From assembly GCA_002104905.1 (NCBI GenBank), contig MCFE01000016.1, positions 62,001 through 126,000 of the forward strand: 64,000 nt of DNA. Direction: 5' to 3'. The position numbers and the translations under genes are program-made. This DNA comes from Basidiobolus meristosporus CBS 931.73. Taxonomy: Eukaryota; Fungi; Basidiobolomycota. This document shows, piece by piece, positions 41,621 through 55,082 of this stretch (position 1 is its first letter; every line of letters starts with the position of its first letter). The notes under the pieces are model-generated. The model searched no databases. It saw only the letters and a list, made by a program, of their open reading frames with translations, and was not told the origin of the DNA.

Positions 41621-43989
41621 ATGGTACATATTGTGCTCTCGTGTCCAGCGAATTACTCCACTAAGCACTATTCTGTTCAACATATCAGGAACCACTCCTA
41701 CCCGTTACTAATAGACAGCTTGGGGACACCCCGAAACACGAGCGCAAGAGTCGCAAGTTGCTAATGCTTGGCCTCGCACTGATCGGTCTGGGTGGCACAC
41801 TTTACAGCCTTGGTGGCTTTTCCGGTGAGTCTGGTTAAACTGGGTGGCCTTGTAGGTTTGATCTAATGATTGTTTGAGAAGCGCCGCAGAAATCCTCACA
41901 GAAAGCCATCTTGATAGAGGCGGAGCATGGTGCGGTTGCTGCCGACGATAAAACATGCTCGCAAATTGGTGTACAAAGTATGAATATTCGTACTCACGAC
42001 CAACACATCCTGAAAATCCTTTATTAACATTACCAAACAGTATTGAAGGATGATGGTAATGCCATAGATGCAGCAATCGCCGGAGCCCTGTGTATTGGCG
42101 TGATCAATAGTTTTTCCTCAGGTAACAGCTATTCTTACATCTTTGAAGTTGATTTTTCCTAATGTCTTGACGGATTGTAGGCATTGGGGGGTAAAGGGTC
42201 ACTACTGGCGTATTTATAGCTTATTTATCACTGACAATCTATGGTTACTCCAGCGGTGGATTCATGGTCATACGAAATGGTACTGGTGCAGAAGTGATTG
42301 ATTTCAGAGAAGAGGCTCCCTCGGGCGCACATCGTGACATGTTCAATGAAAACCCTTTGCTGGCTCAGGTTGGGGGTCTTGCTGTAGGAATTCCGTACGT
42401 ATAGATAAGTCTGGTCGTTGAGTGAGCCCAACTTTCTAACCGATTTGGCTGTGTAGTGGTGAACTAAAGGGATTTGAGCTGGCTCATCAAAGGTATGTGA
42501 TCTATTCGTAGCATGTTTAAGAATCTTGACCTCATGATCTGTACATCGCAGGTACGGAAAACTCCCATGGAAGAGGTTGTTTGAACCCTCAATCAGGCTT
42601 TCAAGGGATGGATTTAGAGTCACATCTGAATTGGCCAAGCGCATTGAGGTTCGACTCTTTTAATATTGTTCTCGCGAAACAGTGTCATTCAACAGTGTGG
42701 CTGTTCTAGATAATGAAGCCGTACATTTCCAAGGTTGCTTCTTTCAGAGCTGTTTTTGCGCCAACTGGGGAATTTGCCAAAGAAGGAGATATATTGAAAC
42801 GAGAAACTTTGGCGAACACCTTGGAGGCTGTTGCTAAGCAAGGTGCAAAGGCTTTTTACAGTGGACCTATTGCGGAGTCTATGGTCAAGGAAATTCAAAG
42901 GACAGGCGGCATTGCCACAGTTGAGGATTTCCTAAGCTACCAAGCATTGATTCGTGAGCCCTTGGTGGGGGATTATCGCGGCCATAAAGTGATTACCGCT
43001 CCTCCTCCAGCGTCGGGAGCTATTTTGCTATCTGTTCTCAATATCCTAGAAGGATACCCACTGGACCGTGATGGGCTTACTACACTGCATGCGCATCAAA
43101 TTTTGGAATCCTTCAAATTTGGGTATGCCCAACGAACCGAACTTGGTGATCCTACTTACGTTGATATTAGTGCACGAGTTGCGGAGTTTGTCGACAAAAA
43201 ATACGCAGCTCAAGTTCGACAGAATCTGTCTGATATCCGGACCTTCCCCATATCCCATTACAACCCGAAGTTTGACGTTGAAGAAAGCCCTGGCACCACT
43301 CACCTTTCGGTAGTAGACAAAAACCAACTGAGTGTGGCGCTTACCTCTACCGTCAATCTTTATTTTGGCTCACAGGTTCTGGACTTGAACACAGGAGTGA
43401 TTCTCAATAATGAGATGGATGATTTCTCTATACCAGGGGTATCCAACGCGTTCAACCTGCCTCCTTCTCCCAACAACTTCGTAGCCCCCAAGAAGAGACC
43501 TCTTTCTTCAAGCGTTCCTACCATCACGGAATTCAATGGCGATTTGGAACTGGTTTTGGGCGCTAGCGGTGGCAGTCGCATCACCACTGCGGTGCTGCAG
43601 ACCTTGATAAACGCACTGGATTTCGATATGAACTTGGCAGATGCTGTGGAGTACCCTCGTCTGCACCATCAATTGTACCCTAACCTGGCTTACTACGAAG
43701 CCCAATATCCTCAAGATATCCAGCGTGGGTTAAGCGAACGTCACCATAATGTAAGTAAGAGATAAGCAACATAGGATAAAAGCAAAGGACTCACCAGGGC
43801 TCCCTTAGGTAACGCTGATGCCTTTCCACGCTGTGGTCCAGGCAATAAGAAGATTACCCGAAGGCAAAATTCACGGTAAGATCAGGAATTGAAATTGGAC
43901 TAGTTAGCGAAGGACTAATCATTATTGCCATAATGAATGAAACAGCTGTTAGTGATCCCAGGAAGCAAGGAGTAGCCAGTGGATACTAG
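41621..43989 (+). CDS. ECM38: Gamma-glutamyltranspeptidase (type II membrane, multi-exon)
   Basis: TM anchor [52 protein letters not shown], autoproteolytic nucleophile ESPG|[40 protein letters not shown]. The start codon is tentative. Confidence 0.92.
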
Positions 43990-44414
43990 GTTTTAAATTC
44001 ATTAGCTTGGATTCAACGATTCCTCCTTCAATCAGGTTATACACTTGTATTTAAATGAACCAGATCTGAGATGAATATGATACACTGGGCTTAACCCATA
44101 AAATTAATGTATTTATTTGTTCGCCAAAATAAACATGTACGTACTTCGGGGGCTCAACGTTGTCGACTTGATTGATGCTTTTGTGACATGACGTAAAGCA
44201 GAGTAGAATTCAGGTTGATCGAGGTAGAAGCCATGGGCCGTAGTCATCGACATGACTGGCCGACAAATCTGGTAATCCGCAATCACGCGAAAAAAACCCA
44301 CCAGCTAATAGTGTACGATTCTGAGTGCCCATATATATATCAGTATTTATTTATCAGCTAGGGGAGTAGAGTAGACTATTTCAGTCTTTGTTTTCTGAAG
44401 CCTCACAGTCCGAC

Positions 44415-46010
44415 ATGACAAAAAAGCGTAGAAACAACAAAAAAGCCGCGAGCGCTCCCGTTATAAGCGACGATTCAGACTTCAGCTTTGACGAAGCCTT
44501 CAACTTTAGCGAGGTAAAGAGAACTTCTCTAGTCTCGTTTGGCGTTGTTCCGACCTAATTACCTTTTGGTAGGCTCGTTTTATGTTTGAAGATAGCAGTG
44601 ACTATGACGATGCCAGTGTAAATGCTCTGCTCGCTAAGCGTATTGATCCTTTGCTCTTGGAAGTGGACGATGATGAAGACATACTGGAGTTTAGCGATGA
44701 CAGCTTCTTTGATAGTACAGACGAAGACGACGAGTTATGGGAGAAGATAAAAGAGCTGACCTTGAACGAGAAGGCATCCGCTCCAAGCAGTCAGGGCGAA
44801 GGCTCAAAAAAAAAAGACACTTCCGTTGCAAAAACCAAGTCGAGCAAAAAATCTGACAAAAAACTCCAGGAGGAGAACAGTCAATACACCAAAAACAGCT
44901 CGATCAAGAAGAATTCCAAGCCGCCAAGAAGAAGTCAAATCGAGTTGGATGAAGAGCTGAGCAAATACGAGCCTGTAAAGTCCATGCATAGTGAGCAAGT
45001 AATGAAATCCAAAAAAGCTACCAGAAAGGATAAGAAGAAGGGGAATGACACCTTGCAGACCTCGAAAGCAACTCAAAACCACATTTTCTGGCGTGAACTC
45101 GATTCCAAAGTTGCTTCCGAATCCGAGGATGATGAAGTGAACTCGTCTGATGAAGAGAGTTCCGACGCTCTATCGGATCCAAATCATTCAGGTAAAGAGT
45201 TGCTTAATTTTCAATGAAAGTCCTTGATATTAACACCTTCACCTACAGTGAAATCAGCCAAGAAAGGAAGGGCCACAGATTCACCAGCAAAAAGCAAAAC
45301 GCAGATCCGAAAGGAAAGGCGTGAAGAGAAAAAGGAAAAGCGAAAAGAAAAACGGGAGCGCATCAAAAACCTCAAGAACGAATCCGTTAGCATTCACCAC
45401 ATCAACAGATCAATGCGTGATTTTGTAAAGCAACCCCGGTTAGCATCGATACCTTTACCATGCATGGACCGAGGAAAACGCCGGGCAGTGCACCTACTGG
45501 CAAAAGAATACAACATTGTCTCTAAAAGTAAAGGCAGTGGGAATAGAAAGTAAGCAGCCCTTTCCCTGCCTTGATGATTTACCTTCCACTAACACACGAC
45601 CTATCAGGTACCCAGTATTGTATCGTACTCAGCGTACGTCTATCCCAGCAAACCCCATCGGAATCACCCAGATTTTGGAGGGATCCCACTCTATTCCTCG
45701 GAAAACAAAGAGCCCCTATGACCTGATCAAATCCGAGAAGCGCGACAAAGGTAAAGCAAAGGATAAGAGTGCGACTCCATCCAAGGCCTCCAGAGTGTAC
45801 AACCCCAACTCGCCAATACCTCCCGTTGGCTCCGTTGTTGGGCAACACGCAAGACCGATCGGAGAATCGAACATTGGCCACCAAATGCTCCAGAAAATGG
45901 GTTGGGCGCCAGGCCAAAGCCTGACTTCAAGCTCATCTCCTGGTAGAACTACTCCAGTAGAAGCCATCGTTCGCGGCAAAAGTCGTATAGGGTTAGGTGG
46001 CGCTTTGTAA
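44415..46010 (+). CDS. R3H + G-patch domain protein (Sqs1/Pfa1-like), multi-exon
   Basis: Acidic/Lys-rich N-terminus, R3H domain LPCMDRGKRRAVHLLAKEYNIVSKSKGSG, G-patch IGESNIGHQMLQKMGWAPGQSL...RIGLG. Confidence 0.8.
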
Positions 46011-46250
46011 CAATGATAATGCATATCTAGCCGGACTTTCACTGTTTATTTTCGTGCCTTTGTATTATGTTCCATAATGTACACATATCGATTGTCGATT
46101 TTATTTCATCGTTTCCACAGTAGTGAAGCAGATTTATACATATCTCATTCCAAACACATTGTTGAGACACATTGAATAATCATGGGAATGGTTCTTTACT
46201 ACAGTACTGTTGAAACTAATAAACATGCACCAATTCAAGTGGTAAATATA

Positions 46251-49200
46251 TCAACTGGGTTTGCTACTTGTACTGTCGTCTGTGAGGCTGACGCCTGGAT
46301 TATGAAGTCTCCACTCGTTCATAAGCTCTTGTCGGATATCTAGCAACCTCTGTTACCACCTAGTCACACATAGAAAACTCCATTGTAAATTACCTGAGGG
46401 CAGCTGTTGGAACACTTCGGGATCCCAAGAGGCATCCATTCTGGCCAGACTTTCTGTCTCCTTGGTGGTGTTTTTGGACCTTGATGTAGGCTGATTTTCC
46501 GGCGATACTGGTGTAGGATTTTCAGAGTCGGCAGGTAATTTATACATTGCTTTGATTTCTTGCTGGATATCCTGTGGTAACTCTTTCAAAGTCGCCAAGT
46601 CGATCTCGGCCCATGGTAGCGAATTGGAACTAGGTTTAGTGTTTTGACAGTTCCTTTTCCCAGCTGGGGCGAAATTTAACTTCGTTTGGATCGCTTTACT
46701 GGGGGAATTTCCAAGTTTTGGCTTTTTTTTTATACTTTGAGGTGTGTTTTCGGTGCTTGTATCTACATTTGCGCTGTTGTTACATGAGGGTGATTTCGAC
46801 TTTGAGATTACTGCGTCCAACTCCCCAGTCTCTCGAGTTGTGCTTGATTCTGGACATTTTCCAATGGGGTGAACGTTCGAAACAGATGAATCACCCAGTG
46901 GCTGTTTGTCGGCACGTCTATGTTCTTGACCCTTGACAAAATCTGCCAGGGTAGGCTGCTGACCATCTAAAATGCAAGGAATTTAACCAAATGGCAATGG
47001 AGGAGAATCCAGCTGTGTGGTATACCTTTGATACTAGCATCGGTCAGCTTGGTGAAATGAATTCCTATTCCACGTACTTCTTTGGGAGGAATTTTCATGA
47101 TTCTGAACAATCCAATAACCTCCTTTGCGATTCGCGGGGCTTCGTCTATAGCGGCGGGCAAGGTTTGTGATCGACCGAATATGTCACATTCACCGTGACC
47201 TAGGTGTTTGTAAGGTAGCTTTGCATCGGGTCGTTTCTGGTATATCTGGAAGATTTATTATGCTTAAGTACCTCGACTGCACTCGAATAACGAAAACAAC
47301 TACAAATATTAGCCTGACCCGTAAAGAGATATTTTTACCACGCACGCCAGCATTTTTCATCCGCTTGCTAACTTCTTCCGACATTTTCTCCAGAAATTCG
47401 AGTACCTGCTCCTCAGTTTCAAATCGGATTCCCCAACTCACATTCGTTCCGATGGATTTGCGAAGATGGATATCGGTTTGCAATTCTCGGTGATCGATGC
47501 CTCTGCGTACGCTATTTGGTCAGAACGGCTTAGACATATCTATGATGGTAAGATGGCACATACCTACAGTAATTGTAGAGCATTTGCCCGGTGCTATTTC
47601 CAAATTCTTTTTGGAGGCTTGCCAATGGATGACCTCTGAGATCCCGGCACGTTTGGATCTCCTAAACAATTATTAAGAACTGTTTCATAACAATCCGTTA
47701 CTTGGGGTATTGACCTTAACCGCCAACTTCTTCCTCAAAGCCCAACCAACGCCGGGTAGATCATCAACATCTCTGGGATCTAAGAAACTGATGGCTTCTT
47801 CTGGACGTAAGTAGTATTGGCCTGCAGGTTTAGCATGCTTTGTAGCGAGCCTTGCCAATAAGATATTGCTTGAGATTCCGACCGATGCATGGCAAAAGGT
47901 TGCCTGGTATATAGAATCGCGGATGCTCTTTGCCAACTCGAGTGCTTGCTCTGTCCCGAACTCCGAGATGTGATGTGATACGTCTAAAAACGCCTCGTCG
48001 CAAGAAACGGGCTGTAGTTTGTCGGTGTATTTACCAAATATCTGATGGGCCTTCATGTAAATATGCTATATAAACGAAAGATTATGATCATCCAACAACT
48101 GACCTCATATAGCTTCAAAGACACTGCTTTGTATTTTGCAAAATCGTATGGTAGTATCACCAGGTCTGCGCATTTCTGCTTAGCAGTTCCGATACTACAA
48201 AGCACAACCATCATAATCAGCCAGGGAACTTCAGTCATTGGCATAGGTACTCACCTCATTCCATTTCTAATCCCATATTTTCTGGCCAAGTAATTACAAG
48301 AAGCAACGTCGCTTGAACCATGGTTTCCCTGAGAATGGCTGACACCCACTGGTCTATGAGCCAGCTCTGGCCGTTCAAGCAATGAGACTGACACAAAGAA
48401 GCAATCCATGTCAACATGCATGATCGTTTTGTACTGGTTATCCAGCTCGGTGATGTGAGAAGACTTATACTTCATGGTGGAAGCGCTAATATTGCGAGCG
48501 GCCTTTGTCATCTCTAGTAGCTCGTTTTTCCACATTGACAAATGATGTAGTCGAGAGTTCTCATAGAACTTCCCTAGAAAATCATCATTAAGACTGGAAT
48601 TCTCTGCCAGCCAGGCATCAGCCGTGCTCGATTTCTCCGGAGGGTTCAAATCGGGTGATACCTCGTCTAGACTAGTCTCAGTATGCCTACTGGATGTTGA
48701 TGCTTCAGGTACTTCGGTTGATTGTTGGGGAGTCCTCTGCGCAATTGGGGATGTAGGCGTTGGTTGGGAGATATACTGCTTGATGGAATTGTTTTTTGGG
48801 TCTTCCTCAAATTGATCCAAGCGATACCTTCTCCAGTCCAGTATTTTACCCTCTGCTATTGAATCGACCAACCAATTAGGCTTGACAACTTTAACATTCC
48901 TAGTCAACAGATATAATGTGGGTGTTGAGCTACAGTTGATCCGTGCCAGAAAACTCTAGCCACCTACTTGAAGGTCTGTACTTTAGCTAGAGGTAAGTTG
49001 CTGGCTATGACGTGGGTAACTTTGCTTCTCGAGAAGTATTGTTCAAACGTTCCACCGTTGCGGAATAATAATTTCTTAATCTCTTGAGTTGAAGGTGAAG
49101 TGTATCCATTCACGTGAACGGCGACTCCTTTGAGTATTTTGCTGAGAAGTACGGATTAATGGAGCTCTCTGGATTCGAGAAACCCATCTCTAGTGAAAAC

Positions 49201-49314
49201 TCACCTCTCGGGCATGGATGGATTGAAGGAGGCCTCTCGCTCGAGCTCGAACTGCTCTTCCAGCTTTGTTTTTTTGGCATCCATGTAGTTTTTAAAGTTG
49301 CTAAAAGAACCCAT
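46251..49314 (-). CDS. REV1: Translesion DNA polymerase / dCMP transferase REV1 (multi-exon)
   Basis: FKNYMDAKKTKLEEQF, BRCT (GVAVHVNGYT...THVIASNL...VVKPNWLVDSI), SRLHHLSMWK, HVDMDCFFVSV, SCNYLARKYGIRNGM, SCDEAFLD, LPGVGW, and two UBM-like motifs. Confidence 0.93.
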
Positions 49315-49567
49315 TCTGCAGCTCAAAAAGCGCGCAACAAACGGAAGGCACGTCCGCAATATACTCCAACCGAATATTCATCAACTGGAAACAATTTATT
49401 TACATTGTGAACGAGTCAACACAGGCTAGTCAACCAGTTAAGTATGTAATAATAAATAATCAACTTAAGCGGCAACCAAAATGTAAAAAACCATGGGAAT
49501 TCGGGTGCATACAATACATTGAGATCACGAGGGTTTATTCATCATGTGCACATCTTGCTGTCTAGAT

Positions 49568-50887
49568 TTATAAAAGATCCAAACTCCCCTTATTCCTCTC
49601 AAAATTCTCCATTCCTACTTGAATTTGCTCCAAAGCGGTGTTGACTTTGGTAACGAAGTCCATTTCAGTCAATGACTTGTCAATATTTAGCAAATCCATC
49701 GAGTAAGTAACCTTAATCAGATCCCACTCCTCCATTTTGTGCTTGCTGCCGCTGGCGTTCCTACTTCCCGCTGAGTTGCTGGTCGATTTTTGGTCGGTGC
49801 TCGCCTCTGCATGGTCATTTTTTCGTAAAACAAACCAATGTATATAGCAAGCAGCGAACAATTGTTTTACATGCGCCAGACTGGACACACTTTCACTTTT
49901 GCTCCCGAAACTTCCTCTCGAACTATCCTGGTTTAGTCGTTCCGAATAGCTTGCCAAAAGATGGGAGTTCAAACAATTCAGGGCAGCGTGTAGGGTGGGG
50001 TCAAAGAGAAAGGCAATTGCGTTGAAAGCACCTTGTAACGTCATAGAGTACTCCACTGCGTCGAGGTCTATACCACTTTGGGGCAAGAAGAAATCCATTA
50101 TTCTAATGATGAACACCGGAAGACCTACGAGTGTGAGTGCCAAAGGATATAGCAGAATCCGAGTAACTGCACGCTGTATGGTTCGGTTGGTAAGATAAGA
50201 AGCCCGATTCTTGAAGGAAGGCTTCACAGCTTCATGGCCCCCAGAAGATGGCGTGTTCAAGATATGCGGCTCAGACTGAAAAGGAATAGGTGTTTGGATG
50301 ATAATTGAAAACTTCCTGATGGTAGAAAACAGCTTTTTGACGATTACTACCGAGAGAACCAAGGTATAAATCAGAGTAGAGAGAAATATGGTCATGGTTA
50401 TATATGTTTGCACATTCCAATACTCTGGAGACATCAAACCGCTTATGATAGACACGACCAGGACGCCACATGCAATGGCCGGAGGTGGAATGATATAGGC
50501 CAGCTGATAGTTCAGCACCGAGCGCACATTATGAAGAAGCACCAATTGGAGATTAATAGTTATGGCTAACGTGTAGAGCACAGTGATCAACAGGAGGTTT
50601 TCGGAAAGAACTGTCACCCAGAACACTGGGCTCTTCAAATAGTTATCCTGCAATAGGATCTCAAGCGAATCCTTGCTGCTAGAATCCTTCAAGCTAATGG
50701 AGATACGTATGAACTTGAGCAGATGGCGATGGAATACGAAAAAGGTGTAGCATGCCGTCAAGCGAAACGAGATTCGATTTGTCAGAGATTTGCGATGATG
50801 ACGAATGACGGCCATGCAAATCAACACAAACAATGAACAGGTTGCCGAGATAGCATGCATAAATGCTACTACAGGAATCAAAAGCAT
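49568..50887 (-). CDS. Orphan 7TM receptor-like protein (cAMP-receptor/Git3-like), single exon
   Basis: About 7 hydrophobic segments, NRISFRL, AITINLQLVLL, RAVTRILLYPLAL, TM7 LQGAFNAIAFLFDP. Confidence 0.7.
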   Translation of the reverse strand: MLLIPVVAFMHAISATCSLFVLICMAVIRHHRKSLTNRISFRLTACYTFFVFHRHLLKFIRISISLKDSSSKDSLEILLQDNYLKSPVFWVTVLSENLLLITVLYTLAITINLQLVLLHNVRSVLNYQLAYIIPPPAIACGVLVVSIISGLMSPEYWNVQTYITMTIFLSTLIYTLVLSVVIVKKLFSTIRKFSIIIQTPIPFQSEPHILNTPSSGGHEAVKPSFKNRASYLTNRTIQRAVTRILLYPLALTLVGLPVFIIRIMDFFLPQSGIDLDAVEYSMTLQGAFNAIAFLFDPTLHAALNCLNSHLLASYSERLNQDSSRGSFGSKSESVSSLAHVKQLFAACYIHWFVLRKNDHAEASTDQKSTSNSAGSRNASGSKHKMEEWDLIKVTYSMDLLNIDKSLTEMDFVTKVNTALEQIQVGMENFERNKGSLDLL

Positions 50888-52159
50888 CTTTAGTAATGAT
50901 TACCCTGGATATCTAAACAGTCAACAGTTGTCTGGCTACGGCCTACATTCAAGGCAAGGGAATCCAATGGATTTATAGTAGTAGGATTGAACTTCTCAGA
51001 ACTCATCGCTAAATCGACCGGGCTCCATAAATGCAAGCAGCACAACTCGAAGAAATTGAAAGAAATACTTTGTATCGCAAGTGCACTAAGAATGCCTGCC
51101 CTCAAAGTGCCAATCTCAGAACACCACTTCAACAAAGACTACACTTTTCGAGATTTATCTCATAATGCGCTATAACTATGTGATAATTCTAAATAAAACC
51201 AGGAGTTATGCTAGCTTCTTTATGTTCAATTTATTGGCCAGTATACACGTGAAGCAGGAGCTGTTTATTCACATTGTTGACGAACTTGTCCAATCAGGGG
51301 CAGTTTCCAGGAATCCACATTGCTACTACTGTTGCATAGCAAGATGACAATCGCTGAAAATAGATTCGTATGGGCCATGGGCCAGCATCACTACAATCCC
51401 ATTGATTCTACCCTGTTTTGTTTCAAGTGAGGCTTGCGTAACGTAGCCAAGTGCAAGGTTCTATGATACTTCAGCACGTTGATGAAGATTCATATTATCT
51501 GCTCTTGGTTATGACTGATTCCACCACCACACTAGGGTCACCAAACTTGATTATCGTCATACTAGGCCGCACTAAACAATACTCGGCCAGTTGTACAAAT
51601 ACGTGTTCTTTCTACCCTGAGATTGATCAATGTGCTCAGCCAAAGACATAGGAGTAATAGAGAAGGAAAAATCACCACGTATTTTGCCATACATTCAGGG
51701 TGGAAATCAGATCAAACCTCTCCTGACATCTATATTAATCAACACTCGCAATTGGCTAAAAAACCAGCCGATATGATCCAAAAAATTATGGGAATTGTCA
51801 TTTTAATCAATCACTCCTCCACAAGACCTAACGTAAATCGAGGATCGACACCAACACTGCAGCTTTGGATATGTTCCTTATACAGAAACAATGACGCATT
51901 TACATGTTTGCCGATGATTAAAAGGTATTCCCCCCAATTCATGAGGCATTTAGACATCTGTCCTCACCCCTCTTACACGATTTGACACTGATTCGCCTTA
52001 ATTTAATTGTTAAGGAGAACCTCCTTTTAGTAAGGATTACTTATGTGGGGAACTAGAATACTCGTTCTCATGTGAGAATTGTGATAGACCATCCGTTCCA
52101 ATGAAAATTGGCTACGATTTTTTTTCTCATTGTGTGTTCAATGCTCATCGTCTTCTAAT

Positions 52160-52167
52160 TATAAATA
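52160..52167 (+). promoter_or_regulatory. Putative TATA box of SAH1
   Basis: TATAAATA 77 bp upstream of the ATG, followed by a pyrimidine/A-rich leader. Confidence 0.4.
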
Positions 52168-52236
52168 CCTGATCTTAGGCGATTATAACCTTTGTAGAGT
52201 TACAACCCTTCAGTCTCTCAAACTAACAAATCCGCC

Positions 52237-53642
52237 ATGGCCTCCCAAAATTACAAAGTTGGTAAGTAACGAGATTGCCATTGAAGCACACTTCGTTTAC
52301 ACTCTGCTGGAAATGTGCAAACAGTTCTGTGAGAAATAATGCTAATTATCTGTTTATTTTTTCAGCTGATATCTCCTTGGCCGCCTTCGGTCGTAAGGAA
52401 ATCGAGCTCGCTGAAAACGAGATGCCTGGACTTATGAACCTCCGTGAGAAGTACGGCCCCTCCAAGCCTTTGGCTGGTGCTCGTATTGCTGGTTGTCTTC
52501 ACATGACCATCCAAACTGCCGTTCTCATTGAGACTCTTGTTATTTTGGGTGCTGAGGTTGCCTGGAGTTCCTGCAACATCTTCTCTACTCAAGATCACGC
52601 TGCCGCTGCCATCGCTGCTACTGGTGTCCCCGTCTTCGCCTGGAAGGGTGAGACCGATGAGGAATACATCTGGTGCATTGAGCAAACCCTCTCTGCCTTC
52701 AAGGATGGCAAGCCTCTTAACTTGATCCTTGATGATGGTGGTGATTTGACCAACATTGTCCACGACAAGTACCCTCAATACCTTGCTGATATCAAGGGTA
52801 TCTCCGAGGAGACCACCACCGGTGTCCACCACCTTTACCAAAAGCTTAAGGAAGGTTTGTTGAAGGTTCCCGCCATCAACGTTAACGACTCCGTTACCAA
52901 GTCTAAGTTCGATAACTTGTACGGTTGCCGTGAATCTCTCGTCGATGGTATCAAGCGTGCCACCGATGTTATGATCGCCGGTAAGGTTTCCGTTGTCGCT
53001 GGTTACGGTGATGTCGGAAAAGGTTGCGCTGCTGCTTTGAGAGGAATGGGATCCCGTGTTATTGTTACCGAAATTGATCCCATCAACGCTCTCCAAGCCT
53101 CTATGGAAGGTTTCGAGGTTACCACCATGGAGAAGGCCGTCACTGAGGGTAACATCTTCGTTACCACCACCGGTAACCGTGATATCATCACTGGTGCTCA
53201 CATGTCCAACATGAAGGATGATGCTATTGTCTGCAACATTGGTCACTTCGATGTTGAGATTGACGTTGCCTGGTTGAAGAAGAACGCTACTGATGTTGTC
53301 AACATCAAGCCCCAAGTTGACCGTTACACCATGCCCAACGGCAACCACCTCATCCTTCTTGCCGAAGGCCGTCTTGTCAACCTTGCCTGTGCTACTGGAC
53401 ATCCTTCCTTTGTTATGTCCAACTCCTTCTCTAACCAAGTCTTGGCCCAAATTGCCCTCTGGACTGATAACGCCTCCTACCCTCTTGGCGTGCACATGCT
53501 TCCCAAGAAGCTCGATGAGGAAGTTGCCGCTGCCCATCTTGGCAAATTGAGCGTCGAGCTCACCAAGCTTACCCCTGTCCAAGCTGAGTACTTGAGCGTT
53601 TCCGCTGAAGGTCCCTTCAAGCCCGAGCACTACCGTTACTAA
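52237..53642 (+). CDS. SAH1: S-adenosylhomocysteine hydrolase, 2 exons
   Basis: MASQNYKV|[84 protein letters not shown]. Strong C-ending codon bias. Confidence 0.98.
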
Positions 53643-55082
53643 TTCCGCACACCCCCAATAGCTAGTCATTCCCTATATATTACTTCATTTCCTCCTCATG
53701 TGCATAATAACCATCAAGAGGTTAAAAAGTGGTGATGAACAACAATAAAACGGCGATCAAGGGTTGTGTTACTACTACAAGCATAGTACATCGAACGTTT
53801 CTGCTGCGGACTTTCTCCGGAACAAAAATTTCTTTTTTACTCGTATGAGTGTTCGATGTGATGCTGGCAAATGTGGGCTCTGAGTCACGATAAATCCTGA
53901 ATAGAACGGGCACCATATATACGATCAGTCCCATGTTGAATCAAGATACCAAATCTATATTCCTGCAATCTACTCACTCCCAAATGTGGTTCACGATCTG
54001 TGTGTTTTGGGTGGATTAGCCGAGGAGCTGCGGTCAAGCATGGGGCTGCTCTCAACACTGGAAATCTATCGGATTTTTACTAGGTGACGAGTCGAATCAT
54101 ACACAGCATATTGGTGGAAACGATTGCCTATTCTGGCCTTTGGTGTGTGAGGAATTTTGCTTGGTTGTGTGGAAGATTTCCTGACGTGAAGATCAAATAT
54201 AGGCAATCAACGTAGGATCATGACGATGCAGGCATTTTTGCGGCTTGGGGCATCCGAAGCCTTCTGGCAATTGGATGCTCGTGTTCCGAAGATGTTGTCT
54301 ACAAATATCTGGTTATGGTACAGATAACAATTTTAAATGCTGTAAATATAACATCTGTTGTCTTAATTCATCCCTATAAAAAATGGACTGGCCCAGATCA
54401 ACCCTGTCATCTTGGTTCTGTGACTTCGTTGTGGTGACCCAGCCGATTCTGAGATATAATGGTATATCATTGCTGAAAGAAACGAACCTAGCACACGTGC
54501 TGCATTGACCAGGTAACGGTTGGCTAGGTATGGCGTGAGTGGAATATGACATGTTGGATGCTGGGAAAATGCCACAGTAGTAGGGGTTTTGGTAGCACGA
54601 TCTATGTGAATGGAGTGGGCCGTCTAGATCATGGTACCCAAGGATATAAATCCGAATTTGCTCGACATTAATGTACGTTGCCAAGCATGAATCAATCCTA
54701 TGTATATATACATATGTCCCAACCAAATAAAGGACAAACTAGTTATATGCATGCATGCTCTTTATGTCACTAAAAATCCACTTTTAAACAGGGACACAGG
54801 TATTTAACGGTACAGGTGGTGGCTCTTCACTTCTCGGATCTTCCATGCGGGCACAATAGTCAAAGTGAAGTGTTGTATTGCCTTATTCATGATGAGGAGT
54901 AATAGTAAATCAATTCCAAGCATCCCTATATATTCTGGTATGAGGCATTATTCCAGAACGTAGGGCAGCTCTGAAAATTTTGTCGGTGATGCATTTTTAT
55001 CCATCGGCATTGTGAGAACGGCTTAACAGCATTCTGGACATCTTGCCGTTTGGGCCACCGCCACCTCGAACCATTATCAATT

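Noticed and set aside
52362-53669. 435-aa antisense ORF over SAH1
   Set aside because: It lies exactly antisense to a gene with strong C-ending codon bias, which removes reverse-strand stops. The translation has no recognisable domain.
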